DNA from: an uncultured Acidobacteriota bacterium
GTDB taxonomy: Bacteria > Acidobacteriota > Thermoanaerobaculia > UBA5066 > Gp7-AA6
NCBI GenBank assembly: GCA_963764715.1
Contig: CAVXTP010000015.1
Coordinates: forward strand, 64,001-128,000
Direction: 5' to 3'
DNA: 64,000 nucleotides
In this document: piece after piece, positions 50,101 through 58,130 of the stretch
Layout: every line of letters begins with the position of its first letter
Numbering within the stretch: the stretch's first letter is position 1
Made by a program: the position numbers and the translations under genes
The notes under the pieces: model-generated
The model's database searches: none
Seen by the model: the letters and a program-made list of their open reading frames with translations, nothing else
Told to the model about the DNA's origin: nothing

Positions 50101-50165
50101 AGCGCCGCCAGCGCCGACGCCACCGCCACCCCGACCCACCGTCCGGACGCGCGCATTCCCGTCAT
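44097..50165 (-). CDS. Bacterial alpha-2-macroglobulin family protein
   Basis: 2022 aa; FTDRSIYRP, VEEYKRPTFEV, F.ETAFW.P, thioester YPYECTEQ, SMYAPEF. Confidence 0.93.
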   Translation of the reverse strand: MTGMRASGRWVGVAVASALAALAGTASTAPPQKKAAVAVAATRTPTPAPPSPASWKDVDGLVSEQKFEEASRQVDALLQSAKARRDSADWTKALIRSVQLRTGLHGYETAVRFLKDEPWPPDLLSRTALELFYAQSLVNYAQMYSWEISRRERVESTGQVDLKAWTREQIYDEAARAYVAIWKDREALGAEKVQALSEFVQPNDYPPGIRDTLRDAVGYFFVALLADSTGWSPAQSNSVFTLDLTELLRADAKSTASVKLDDDANHPVTRLVAVLADLEGWHAGRGEREAAFEARLERERRLSGAFTEASDRETISRDLEERLPAMAALPWYAMGEAQLAELFEPGRRPDRLVRAREAAQKGRRAFPESPGGRRCLAIVQRIEAPAYQLTTMKSDGADRRSILVRHKNVARLTFRAWAVDLPARVASERDLRAILPQGPELERLLIGRPAAEWSAVLPATPDYLEHQTFVVPPMRAKGYYVVAASGDPSFSAGRGFPVVAAGFLLSDLVLVETAGAPGADGRQKIEILALSGETGRPLDGVAITVLKGRWNPTSTQRIGEAVTDREGRAVLDFPAERGWAERFVFARRGADLAVGSGTPYGWRPASAEGPTTASLVFTDRSIYRPLQKILWKVLAYHGDARAGRFHALLRSPVTVTLYDRNGQSVESRSVTTNDFGTAAGEFAIPAGRALGAWRVATSLEGGGASVRVEEYKRPTFEVTLKDSTEALRLNRPARVTGEARYYFGLPVSSGSVRWNVTRTPSFPWWFWWRGFHPDVRTETIAAGTSALQADGSFTIAFTPKADERLAGQSATTYRYAVSADASDEGGETRSATRTFRLGFVAVEARIDLPGAFLRAGDRSEVTVVRTNLDGAPRAGQGGWRLFRLEQPSEAPLPADLPPDPTETAEGGLRTPGDALRPRWQTGYAAEQVMAQWKNGVEVAQGELTHDAKGIARIAVPNLSAGAYRLVYRTRDEFGAEYEAPREILVAAASTPLALPAVLLAEAPSVPVGGTARILASSGLAGQNLYFEIDRDGAAVERRTLVAGKSAAVIEIPIEERHRGGFAVKLTMVRDHQLVTQTQTVFVPWDDKELKVSFATFRDELRPGQAETWTVKVEAPGGAPVETAAAEILASMYDRSLDAFAPYHPPSPLSLYPSHTDVWPSSSNLGEAYFGHVRGNFPELPGYPPLRPDTLKFPGGYAFGGPGRRNVMAMAKAQSVDAAAPASAPVAEGFVAGQAREEVRLKDEGKARAEAPGPIAIRADFSETAFWKPQLLTGPDGSASIEFTVPDSVTSWSVWVHAVTKDLKAGSVQKETRSVKDLMVRPYVPRFLREGDAADLKVVVNNASEGGLSGRVRLEILDTATNASALSEFGLLPERATLPFSAAAGAGTDVTFRLSTPRRVGSYAIQATAVSGDLSDGERRPVPVLPGRMQLAQSRFAALRGGERRTLTFADMARSDDPSRVDEQLVVTVDGQLFYSVLSALPYLVNYPYECTEQTLNRFLSTGIVSSVFRDYPAVAAMAQELSKRDTRLEPWDAADPNRKMQLEETPWLEEARGGKPGADLTRVLDPRIAKADRDAALAKLRQAQTDSGGFPWWPGGPPSPYMTLYILNGFAHALEFGVDVPKDLALAAWKYAGAEVRRDIDRCMADKGTCEYATFVNYVLSSYPDAGWYGPAFDEAYRKKLLDYSFARWKAHSPLLKGQLALTLQRMRRPKDAKLVWDSVMDAAKTDPDLGTAFTPEDRSWLWYNDTVETQAFALRVLAELEPADPRRHGLVQWLFLNKKMNQWKSTRATAEAIYALVWYLKKEGALAVREDVTVDVASQKTTFVFEPDRYTGRRNQVVVPGEKIDPRRDASIGIEKTGKGLAFASATWHFSTEKLPEEDRGDFFSVSRKYFLRESTPSGFVLKPLSEGAAVRAGDEIEVQISLRSKHAAEYVHLRDPRPAGAEPENVLSRYKWDLGISWYEETRDSGANFFFERLPVGEYTFRHRIRANMGGTFKVAPATVQSMYAPEFNAYSAGATLTVR

Positions 50166-50211
50166 TCTGCCAACACAGGAACCCGCCCGCCCCCAAAAAG
50201 TTCCTGGTTCC

Positions 50212-50275
50212 TGGGGTCAGCCCTGCATTACTGAACTATTCCCGCAACAATTCAGAAATGCAGGTCAGGCACCAG
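50212..50275. repeat. TGGGGTCAGCCCTGCAT-type inverted-repeat element
   Basis: cctgcattactgaa...ttcagaaatgcagg; half copies at 57078 and 63531. Confidence 0.7.
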
Positions 50276-50283
50276 GTTCCCGG

Positions 50284-52533
50284 CTAGTGCTGGAAGGCGT
50301 AGGAGAGCTTGATGAGGAACTGGCGGTTCTGGGGCCGGAGGTCGACGTAATTGGTCTCGAAGAGGGCCCGGTTGTCGCCGTAGCCGACGTAGAGCACGGT
50401 CTGCCAGTTGAGCTTGTAGGAGAAGAGGGCCGAGCCGGAGAACTCGGACTCCTTCGGCAGGACGGGGACGCTCCAGAGCGACGGATCGCGGGTCGTCTCG
50501 ATGTACTGGCCGATCACGCGGAAGAGCATCCGGGAGTTGAAGACGTAGATCGCCTTGGCCCGCGCGACGGTCGCGGTGAAGAGACGTCCCGAGCGCCCGT
50601 CCACGGTCTCGTCGATCCACTGCCGCTCGCCGACGAGGTCGAGGCCGAGGTGGTCCGTCGGGCGGATCGTCGCGGTCATCGAGAGCGTGCCCCCGCTCCC
50701 GACGCGCACGTTGGAGACGTCGGGCTGGTCGCCGTAGTTTCCGGCGAAGGTCAAGCGCGGGACGATGCGCGAGGGCGAAGCCTGCAGCGTCCAGACGAGG
50801 CGGTCGAACTCGAGCGTCTGCCCGGCGATCCGGACGGCCTCGAAGTTGTAGTCGATCTCCCCGCGCAGGCTCCACTGCCCTTGAAAGGAGACCCCCGGGA
50901 AGTAGCGGCGCGAGATGAGGTCCCCCTCGCGATCGGTGGAATAGTTGCCGCCCACGAGCGGGCGCAGCCGCGAGAAAAAACCGGTCGGAAAGAACCGGTA
51001 GCCGAGTCCCGCCTCCCCCTCGCGGTACCCGACCTGGGGAACGAACCCGTCGTCGGCGACGAAGCCGGGCGCGAAGTCGTCGTAGCTCAGGTTCCAGTCC
51101 CAGTGCCGCGTCGAGTGGGTCCACGCCGTCGTCCAGCCGAAGCCCGACTGCGTCTGCCCCGTCCATCCCGGGTACAGGTCGGGCCGGTCCGGGTTCTTCG
51201 AGAAGCTGTAGAGGTACTGCCCGTTGACGACGTCGTTCGCGCCCGCCTGCAGGTGGAAGTCGCCGCCCACGACGTAGTTGTAGCCGCCGCCGTCGGCGCC
51301 GTCGATGGACCGCGCGGTCCCGATGAACCCGGCGAAGGAGTCGCCGAGGTCCTGGCGGACGCGCAGGATCGCGACCGTCGACTGATAGTCCTGGGGAGCG
51401 ACGTCCGAGAACACCGGTCCGGGGATGATGACCGTCCCTCCTCCGCGATCGTTGCCGACGAGCGCGACGTAGTTCGTCCCGCCCGTCTTGCCGGTGATGC
51501 GCGCGCCCCAGAGCGGCGAGGTGATCGTGCGCGTGTAGACAGCCTGGATCGGAGTCTGGAGCAGGTCCACGTGCTCGAGGAAGAACGGTCGCTTCTCCGG
51601 ATAGAAGAGCGCGAAGCGTTCGTTGACGGAGATCTGGGCCGTGTCGGACTCGATCTGGGAGAAGTCGGGGTTGATGGTCGCGTCCACGATCGTGTCGGGG
51701 TCGGGAAGCCATTTCGCGTCGAGCCCGACCTTGCCCTTGGTCGTCGTGTCGTCGTCGGGAAGCCCGTTCGATCCGGCATACGTCTTCGTGCTCGTCACCG
51801 CGCCGTACGGCGCGAGCACCCAGTGGGCGCCCTTGGACAGGCCGGTGATTCCCTCGATCGTCGCCGACTGGCACAGGAAGCAGCTCGAGCCGCGCGGCAC
51901 CCGCACGTTGTAGAACTGGTAATTCCGGTCGCGCGGCCAGACGCGGTACAGCATGAGCGCCCAGTCCTGCGGGTCTTTCTCCGGGTAGCGCAGCGACGAC
52001 AGCGGGATCGCGACCTCCGCGACCCAGGAGTCGGTGCCGATCTTCCCGGCCGACTGCCAGAAGTAGTCGGGGCCGAAGTCTTCGTTGAAGGTCCCCTCGT
52101 TGAAGACCGAGTCCGCCTGGATGCCGCGCGGCCCGATCCAGAAGTCGATCGCGGAGTGGTTCTGGTTCTCGACGTCGAGCAGGACGCCGACGTAGTCCTG
52201 GTCATCGTTGATCCCGTCGCGGTCGACGTAGGGCGCGCGGATCTTCGACACGTCGGGCTCCTCGGACCAGAACGAGGCGTAGAAGAACTCGTCGTCGTAG
52301 CCGATCCGGGCGAGCGTTCGGACGGGCGGCGTGACGTTGTCGCCCGGATTGATCTCGTACATCAGGGGGACCTCGGTCGCCTCCGCCCAGCCGGGGTCCG
52401 AGAGGTCGCCGTCGATTTTGATCGGCGTCGTGATCCGCCCGAGCTTGAGCTTCGGCTTTTCGGGCTCCTCGGCGAGGAGGAAAAAGGACGGCGCGCACAC
52501 CACGGCCATGGCGGCCAGCGCTCGGAGCCTCAT
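50284..52533 (-). CDS. CBM9-like plus DUF5916 outer-membrane protein
   Basis: IKIDGDL.D..W, AIP.SSLRY, NPDFSQIESD, EKRPFFLE, YTRTI; terminal KLSYAF. Confidence 0.85.
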   Translation of the reverse strand: MRLRALAAMAVVCAPSFFLLAEEPEKPKLKLGRITTPIKIDGDLSDPGWAEATEVPLMYEINPGDNVTPPVRTLARIGYDDEFFYASFWSEEPDVSKIRAPYVDRDGINDDQDYVGVLLDVENQNHSAIDFWIGPRGIQADSVFNEGTFNEDFGPDYFWQSAGKIGTDSWVAEVAIPLSSLRYPEKDPQDWALMLYRVWPRDRNYQFYNVRVPRGSSCFLCQSATIEGITGLSKGAHWVLAPYGAVTSTKTYAGSNGLPDDDTTTKGKVGLDAKWLPDPDTIVDATINPDFSQIESDTAQISVNERFALFYPEKRPFFLEHVDLLQTPIQAVYTRTITSPLWGARITGKTGGTNYVALVGNDRGGGTVIIPGPVFSDVAPQDYQSTVAILRVRQDLGDSFAGFIGTARSIDGADGGGYNYVVGGDFHLQAGANDVVNGQYLYSFSKNPDRPDLYPGWTGQTQSGFGWTTAWTHSTRHWDWNLSYDDFAPGFVADDGFVPQVGYREGEAGLGYRFFPTGFFSRLRPLVGGNYSTDREGDLISRRYFPGVSFQGQWSLRGEIDYNFEAVRIAGQTLEFDRLVWTLQASPSRIVPRLTFAGNYGDQPDVSNVRVGSGGTLSMTATIRPTDHLGLDLVGERQWIDETVDGRSGRLFTATVARAKAIYVFNSRMLFRVIGQYIETTRDPSLWSVPVLPKESEFSGSALFSYKLNWQTVLYVGYGDNRALFETNYVDLRPQNRQFLIKLSYAFQH

Positions 52534-52572
52534 TGCGGTGATCGTACGAGAGATTCCAGATGAAGGTTGCGG

Positions 52573-52652
52573 GGGAGGCAGGCGGCCGACGTCAGGAGGC
52601 AGGTTGACCCACGGTTTTCCTGCCTCCGGCCTCCTGCCTCCTGCCGCCTGTC
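52573..52652. repeat. Inverted heptamer repeats (AGGCAGG / CCTGCCT)
   Basis: ggaggcagg...ggaggcagg versus cctgcctccggcctcctgcctcctgccgcctg; also cctgcctcctgcctcc near 5934. Confidence 0.55.
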
Positions 52653-52662
52653 TTCCCGACTT

Positions 52663-55600
52663 CTAGCGGAAATCGTGGCTCGGGAGGCGGGCAAACTCGG
52701 GGATCGTCCAGAACTGCTCCGCCCGGACCGACAGCGAGCCGTCCTGCCGCTGGAGCCTGCCCTTGACGACGAGCGCCCCCGACCCGACGACGACGGCGCG
52801 CTGCTCGCGGAAGAGGTCGGGCCGGACGATCGCCTGGAGCATCCCGGTCTCGTCCTCGAGCGTCAGGAAGACGAACCCCTTCGCCGTCCCCGGCCGCTGG
52901 CGCACGATGACCGCGCCGGCCGCCGTGACCCGGTCGCCGTCCCGCTGGCGGCGGAGCTCCGAGGCCGACAGAACGCCCCGGCGCGCCAGCGACTTGCGCA
53001 GGTGCGACAGCATGTGCGGCCCCGTCGTGATCTCGGTCGACGCGTAGTCGGCGCGGGTCTCCTCGATCGGCGACATCTCCGGCAGCGGCGAGGGGTCGTC
53101 CGTCGGGATCTCCGCAAAGAGCGGCCCGGCCTCGCGCGCGACCTTCGCCACCTGCCAGAGCGCGGCCCGCCGCGTCCGCCCGAACGCCGCGAGCGCCCCG
53201 GCGTGCGCGAGGAGCTCGAGCTCCCCGTCGCGCAGGCGGCAGCGGCGGGCGAGGTCGTCGATCGACACAAAGGGCGCCTGCCCCTGCGCGCGCTCGATCG
53301 CCTCTCCCGTTTCCTGCTTCAGGCCCTTGACGAAGCGCATCCCCAGACGGACTCCGCCGCGCTCCCACCGGCACATCCAGCCCGACGAGGTCACGTCGAC
53401 CGGCCAGGCCGGCGTCCCGTGAAGCTGCGCGTCCTTGACGAGCGTGGCCGGGTGGTAGAAGCCCATCGGCCACGCGTTCAACAACGCCGCGAGAAACGCC
53501 GCCGGATGGTGGGCCTTGAGATAAGCGCTCGCGTACGCGATCAGCGCGAAGCTCGCCGCGTGCGACTCGGGAAACCCGTAGAGCGCGAAGGACGTGATCG
53601 ACTTGACGATCTGCTCCTGCGCCTCCGGACCGATGCCGCGCTCGGCCATTCCCTTCCGCAGCCGCGCCTCGATCGCGTCCATCCGCTCGACCGAACGCTT
53701 GAAGCCCATCGCGCGCCGCAGCTCCTCGGCCTCGCCGCCCGTGAATCCCGCCGCGACCATCGCCATCTTCAGGATCTGCTCCTGGAAGAGGGGCACGCCG
53801 AGCGTGCGCTTCAGGATCGGCTCGAGGCAGGGATCCGGGTACTCGACCTTCGCCCTCCCCTGCCGCCGCTCGAAGAACGGCCGGACCATGCCGCCGACGA
53901 TCGGCCCGGGCCGGATGATCGCGACCTGGACGACGATGTCGTAGAAGCACTTCGGAGCGTTCCTCGGGAGCGAGGCCATCTGGGCGCGGCTCTCGACCTG
54001 GAAGAGGCCGACCGTGTCGGCCGCGTTCAGCATCCGGTAGACCGCGGGATCGTCCTGCGGCAGGTGCGCGAGGTCCACCTCGAGCTTCTCGTGGGTCGAG
54101 ATCATCGGAATCGCCTCCTCGATCGCGGCGAGCATGCCGAGGCCGAGCAGGTCGACCTTCACGATCCCGAGATCCGCGCAGTCGTCCTTGTCCCACTGGA
54201 CGACGACGCGCCCCGGCATCGAGGCGGGCTCGAGCGGCACGACCTCGTCGAGCCTTCCCGCCGCGACGACGATCCCGCCCGAGTGCTGGCCGAGGTGGCG
54301 TGGGAGGTTCTGGATCTGCAGAAAGAGACGCAGGAAATGCCGCGCGCGCCGCTCTTCCGGATCGAGCCCCGCCGCGCGGACCTCCCGGGCGAGCTCCTCT
54401 GGCGGATCGCGGATCTCCCCGAAATTCCAGCCCCCGAGCTGCTTGGAGAGCGCGTCGACCTGCTCCGGCGAGTAACCGAGGGCCTTGGCGGTCTCGCGCG
54501 CCGAGGAACGGTCGCGGTAGGTGATGACGTTGGCCGTCATGCCGGCGCCGTGGGGACCGTACTTCTCGTAGACGTGCTGGATGACCTTCTCGCGCTCCAC
54601 CCCCGACGGGAGGTCGAGATCGATGTCGGGCCACTCGCCGCGCTCCTCCGAGAGGAACCGCTCGAAGAGCAGCTCCATCTTCACCGGATCGACGGCCGTG
54701 ATCGAGAGCGCATAGCAGACGGCGCTGTTGGCGGCGGACCCCCGGCCCTGCGCGAGGATGCGGTTCTCCAGGCAGAAGCGCACGATGTCCCAGACGATCA
54801 GGAAGTAGCCGGCGAGATCGAGCTTCTCGATCATCGCGAGCTCCTTCTCGATCTGTGCCTGGGCCTTCGCCGTCAGCGGACGGAACCGCGCGCGGGCGCC
54901 GTTCCAGGCGACCTGGCGCAGGTACGAGGACGGCGTCTCGCCGGGCGGAAGCGGATAGTCCGGGAACCGGTAGCCGAGGTCCGCGAGCGTGAAGTCGAGC
55001 CGGCGCGCGAGCTCGACGGACGCGTCGAGCATTTCCGGCATGTCGGAAAAGAGCCCGGCCATCTCGGCTGAGCCCCGGAAGTGGCGCTCGCGCTGCGCGG
55101 CGAGGAGGCGGCCCGCGCGGTCGAGCGTCGTGTGGTGGCGGATGCAGGTGAAGACGTCGTGGAGCTCCTTGTCCTTCTTGCGCGCGTAGCGCACGCCATT
55201 GGAGGCGAAGAGCGGAAGGCGGAGCCGCCGCGCGAGATCCACGAGCGCCTGGTTGCGCCGCTCCTCTTCCCGGAGACGATGCCGCTGGAGCTCGACGTGG
55301 AGCCGCCCCGGAAAGATCGCGCCGAGCCGCTCGAGCAGCGCCCGCGCCGCGTCCGGCCCGCCCTCCGCGAGGGCGCGCGCCACGGGCGACTCGTCGCCGC
55401 CCGTCGCGACGTGCAGGCCCTCCGCGTGCGCGGCGACCTGCTCGAGCGTGACCACGGTCTCGCCCTTCGGCTTGCCGAGCGCGCCGGCGGTGATCAAGCG
55501 GCAGAGGTTCCGATAACCGGCGCGGTTCTCGACGAGGAGCGTGAGACGGGGGCGGGCGGCCACAAGCCGATCACCAGAGGCAGACCCACGGCCATAGGCA

Positions 55601-56082
55601 ACGCCGGCACCAGCCGGCGGTAACGCCGCCCCTACTCTCCCGTGGTCGTAGGGGCGGGGCTTGTCCCCGCCCTCCAGCGTCACCTCCGCCCCCACGAGCG
55701 CCCTCACCCCTGCGGCCTTCGCCGCCTTCCAGAAGCGCGGCGCGCCGTAGACGCCGTTGCGATCGACGAGCGCGACGGCCGGGATCTCCAGGCGCGCGGC
55801 CTCTTCGACGAGGTCCTCCGGCAGCGACGCGCCGTCGAGGAAGGAAAACGCGGAGGCGGCGCGCATCTCGACGTAGGGGCGCGGCGCCGGCGGCGCGAGC
55901 TTCAGCGCGCGGGGAAAGTCGCGCTGCCGGAGCTTTTCCTTGCGCGCTCCCGCGGCGACGATCAGCGAGAGAGGGTCGGCCTCGGCGTGGCGCCCCCCGC
56001 AACTCGCGTTGCCGACTCCCAGGTTGCGGGACGGCGGCATTTCCGGAGGGCCTCCCGACGGGCGCGTGCGCTTGTCGGCCAC
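52663..56082 (-). CDS. dnaE2: Error-prone DNA polymerase DnaE2 (ImuC)
   Basis: SAFSFLDGAS.PE, GRGSAANS, FERF, PDIDLD, PRHLGQHSGG, YGFPESH, PMGFY, RQRPGTAKG, C-terminal SHDFR. Confidence 0.95.
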   Translation of the reverse strand: MADKRTRPSGGPPEMPPSRNLGVGNASCGGRHAEADPLSLIVAAGARKEKLRQRDFPRALKLAPPAPRPYVEMRAASAFSFLDGASLPEDLVEEAARLEIPAVALVDRNGVYGAPRFWKAAKAAGVRALVGAEVTLEGGDKPRPYDHGRVGAALPPAGAGVAYGRGSASGDRLVAARPRLTLLVENRAGYRNLCRLITAGALGKPKGETVVTLEQVAAHAEGLHVATGGDESPVARALAEGGPDAARALLERLGAIFPGRLHVELQRHRLREEERRNQALVDLARRLRLPLFASNGVRYARKKDKELHDVFTCIRHHTTLDRAGRLLAAQRERHFRGSAEMAGLFSDMPEMLDASVELARRLDFTLADLGYRFPDYPLPPGETPSSYLRQVAWNGARARFRPLTAKAQAQIEKELAMIEKLDLAGYFLIVWDIVRFCLENRILAQGRGSAANSAVCYALSITAVDPVKMELLFERFLSEERGEWPDIDLDLPSGVEREKVIQHVYEKYGPHGAGMTANVITYRDRSSARETAKALGYSPEQVDALSKQLGGWNFGEIRDPPEELAREVRAAGLDPEERRARHFLRLFLQIQNLPRHLGQHSGGIVVAAGRLDEVVPLEPASMPGRVVVQWDKDDCADLGIVKVDLLGLGMLAAIEEAIPMISTHEKLEVDLAHLPQDDPAVYRMLNAADTVGLFQVESRAQMASLPRNAPKCFYDIVVQVAIIRPGPIVGGMVRPFFERRQGRAKVEYPDPCLEPILKRTLGVPLFQEQILKMAMVAAGFTGGEAEELRRAMGFKRSVERMDAIEARLRKGMAERGIGPEAQEQIVKSITSFALYGFPESHAASFALIAYASAYLKAHHPAAFLAALLNAWPMGFYHPATLVKDAQLHGTPAWPVDVTSSGWMCRWERGGVRLGMRFVKGLKQETGEAIERAQGQAPFVSIDDLARRCRLRDGELELLAHAGALAAFGRTRRAALWQVAKVAREAGPLFAEIPTDDPSPLPEMSPIEETRADYASTEITTGPHMLSHLRKSLARRGVLSASELRRQRDGDRVTAAGAVIVRQRPGTAKGFVFLTLEDETGMLQAIVRPDLFREQRAVVVGSGALVVKGRLQRQDGSLSVRAEQFWTIPEFARLPSHDFR
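55554..55672. repeat. REP doublet with nested cassette, inserted in frame in dnaE2
   Basis: gggcggccacaag[58 nt]gccgcccctac-12 nt-gtaggggcggggcttgtccccgccc. Confidence 0.9.
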
Positions 56083-56088
56083 CCCGGA

Positions 56089-56117
56089 ACGATAGGCGGT
56101 AAAAAGGCGTAAGTCAA
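56089..56117 (-). promoter_or_regulatory. Sigma-70 promoter of dnaE2 with an 11-bp-period direct repeat in the spacer
   Basis: TTGACT-N17-TATCGT, 6 nt before the GTG; AGGCG at 56094 and 56105. Confidence 0.65.
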
Positions 56118-56133
56118 CCGCCCGCCGGGCCCC

Positions 56134-57078
56134 CTAACGCTCCCCGGGCTTCTCCTCCGCGGCCACGGCCACGCGGAGCCCCCGGCTCCGCCCGACCGAC
56201 TCGCGATAGCCGAGCTCCTCCCGGATCCTCCCGGTATCGGCGACGAGATCGTGGGAGAAGTCGAAGGGCTCGACGAGCTCCGGCGGAAGTTCTTCGCGCG
56301 AGAGCTCCCGGACCTCGCCCCGCCACCCCGCCGCCGCGCTGATCGCCCGGATCCAGTCGGCTTCGCTCAGGGCGTCCGGTTCGCCCAGGTTGTAGACGCG
56401 CCCGGCCGCTTCCCGCCTCGTCGCGGCCAGGGCGATCGCGTCGGCCACGTCCTCCACGTACCCCCGCGTCCATCGCCACCGCGCCTTGGCCCGGTCGACC
56501 GGAAACGGCCCCGTCGCGCGCCACATGCGGTCGAGGTAAGGCTGAAGGCGGCGGTGCGGATCTCCCGGGCCGTAGACGCAGGGCAACCGCAGGATGGTCA
56601 CGGGAGCCTCCGCCGAGCCGAGGACGGCCGACTCGACCAGCACCTTGTCGTAGTCGTACGCGACTTCGCCGGGCTTCGCCATCGCCCGGTACGGATGGCG
56701 GCACGTCCTCAGCGCGGAGATCTCGGTCAGGGGCGAACGGTCCGGCGCGCCGCTCTCGAGCCGGAGCAGTCTCCCGTAGGCGGCATACACGTCCTGGCTC
56801 GACAGGACGACGAGCCGCCCCGCGAGGCCGGTGAACGTCTCGGCCAGCGCCCGCCCGTCCGCCTCGCTGTAGGCGATCGTGTCGACGACCACGTCGGGCG
56901 CGAAACGACGGAACTCGTCGCGATGCGCCGCGAGGTTCGCCCGATCCCCGCGGATCGTCTCCGCGCCGCCGGACTCCGCGCCGCGGTGGAAGGCCGCCAC
57001 CGCGTGACCCCCGGCCCGCAGCCGCCGCACCACCGCCCCGCTGACGAACCCCGTCCCCCCGATCACGGCGACGCGCAT
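56134..57078 (-). CDS. NAD-dependent epimerase/dehydratase (atypical SDR)
   Basis: GGTGFVS, SSQDVY, YDKVLVE, LRLPCVYGP, YVEDVA.AI. Confidence 0.88.
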   Translation of the reverse strand: MRVAVIGGTGFVSGAVVRRLRAGGHAVAAFHRGAESGGAETIRGDRANLAAHRDEFRRFAPDVVVDTIAYSEADGRALAETFTGLAGRLVVLSSQDVYAAYGRLLRLESGAPDRSPLTEISALRTCRHPYRAMAKPGEVAYDYDKVLVESAVLGSAEAPVTILRLPCVYGPGDPHRRLQPYLDRMWRATGPFPVDRAKARWRWTRGYVEDVADAIALAATRREAAGRVYNLGEPDALSEADWIRAISAAAGWRGEVRELSREELPPELVEPFDFSHDLVADTGRIREELGYRESVGRSRGLRVAVAAEEKPGER

Positions 57079-57100
57079 GGGGTCAGCCCTGCATCTCTGA
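57078..57100. repeat. TGGGGTCAGCCCTGCAT half element
   Basis: tggggtcagccctgcatctctga abutting the ATG of the epimerase gene. Confidence 0.6.
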
Positions 57101-57113
57101 CTTGTTGTGCGGC

Positions 57114-57614
57114 TCAGCTCTCGACGCCGACGCTCGTGCTCCGGCGCTCGAGCAGCGCGACGTCCCGCCAGACGCCGGCGAGCTTGCCGAGCTTCTCGCG
57201 CACGCCGACGACCCGGAATCCGCAGGCCTGGTGGATGGCGAGCGAGGCCGTGTTCTCCGGAAAGATCCCGGCCTGGAGGGTCCAGACGCCGGCCTTCTCC
57301 GACGTCTCGACGAGGGCCGCGAGCAGCGCGCGTCCGACGCCCCGCCCGCGCGCCGCCGCGGCGACGTAGACGCTGATCTCCGCCACGCCGCCGTAGGCGC
57401 ACCGGTCCGAGACGGGCGAGAGGGCGGCCCAGCCGAGCACGTCCCCGTCCCCGGCGCCGCGCCCGACGAGCCGGCAGTCCGGGCGGTGCTTCGCGTCCCA
57501 CGACTCCCACGGGGGAGGCGCCGTCTCCATCGTCGCGTTGCCGGTCGCAATTCCCTCGGCGTAGATGCGGCGCACCGCGTCCCAGTCGCCGGGGGTCATC
57601 GGCTCGATGCGCAA
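57114..57614 (-). CDS. GNAT acetyltransferase (phosphinothricin/YncA-like)
   Basis: IY.EGI.TGNAT.ET, SVYV....RGRGVG, IFPEN.AS...H...GFR.VG, WRDV. Confidence 0.9.
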   Translation of the reverse strand: MRIEPMTPGDWDAVRRIYAEGIATGNATMETAPPPWESWDAKHRPDCRLVGRGAGDGDVLGWAALSPVSDRCAYGGVAEISVYVAAAARGRGVGRALLAALVETSEKAGVWTLQAGIFPENTASLAIHQACGFRVVGVREKLGKLAGVWRDVALLERRSTSVGVES

Positions 57615-57636
57615 GGCCTCGGCGGACGGGGTCGCG

Positions 57637-58092
57637 CTAGACGTCCATGTACTCCGGAACGTAGCCCGACATCAGACTTCCTTTCGGAAGGATCGTGCGG
57701 CCCGAGCCGGCGGGCGCGTCCTCGCCGGTCTTGACCCAGTGCCACGCGTGGAGGATGTTCGGGGCGTGGTAGTAGCGCGTCTCGGCCTGGATGAGAACGG
57801 TGCCGCCGAGGATCTCCGCCTTCAGCTCCTCCCACTTGTGGGCGCCGACGACGGCCACGCGCTCGATGTGCTCGGAGTACTTCGAGAAGAACTTGATCTC
57901 CTGCCAGCGCGCCTTCCACTCGGTCCGGTCCATCTCCGAAAGGTCCGCCAGGATCCCGATCGTGCGCTTGCCGCGATCCTTGATGGCGAATTCGAGCTGC
58001 GGCAGAAAGGCCTCGACCTCCTCGGCCGTGACTCTGCCCTTCGCCCGGAAGCCGAAGGCCCGCCCCTCGCTCTCCTTGAGTCGCTCGATCAT
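57637..58092 (-). CDS. STAS/SEC14 (SpoIIAA-like) protein
   Basis: G.VT.EE, A.W..IKF, ERVAVVG...W, A..WV. Confidence 0.75.
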   Translation of the reverse strand: MIERLKESEGRAFGFRAKGRVTAEEVEAFLPQLEFAIKDRGKRTIGILADLSEMDRTEWKARWQEIKFFSKYSEHIERVAVVGAHKWEELKAEILGGTVLIQAETRYYHAPNILHAWHWVKTGEDAPAGSGRTILPKGSLMSGYVPEYMDV

Positions 58093-58130
58093 GCGTTGTC
58101 GTCCCCTTTCGGTGTCGGGAGCAACATATC

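Noticed and set aside
43701-50234. Very long alternative-frame ORFs (2177 aa, 2078 aa, and similar ones such as 293-3640 and 40010-43440)
   Set aside because: Shadow ORFs of real genes in high-GC DNA; Arg/Gly/Pro-rich with no motifs.
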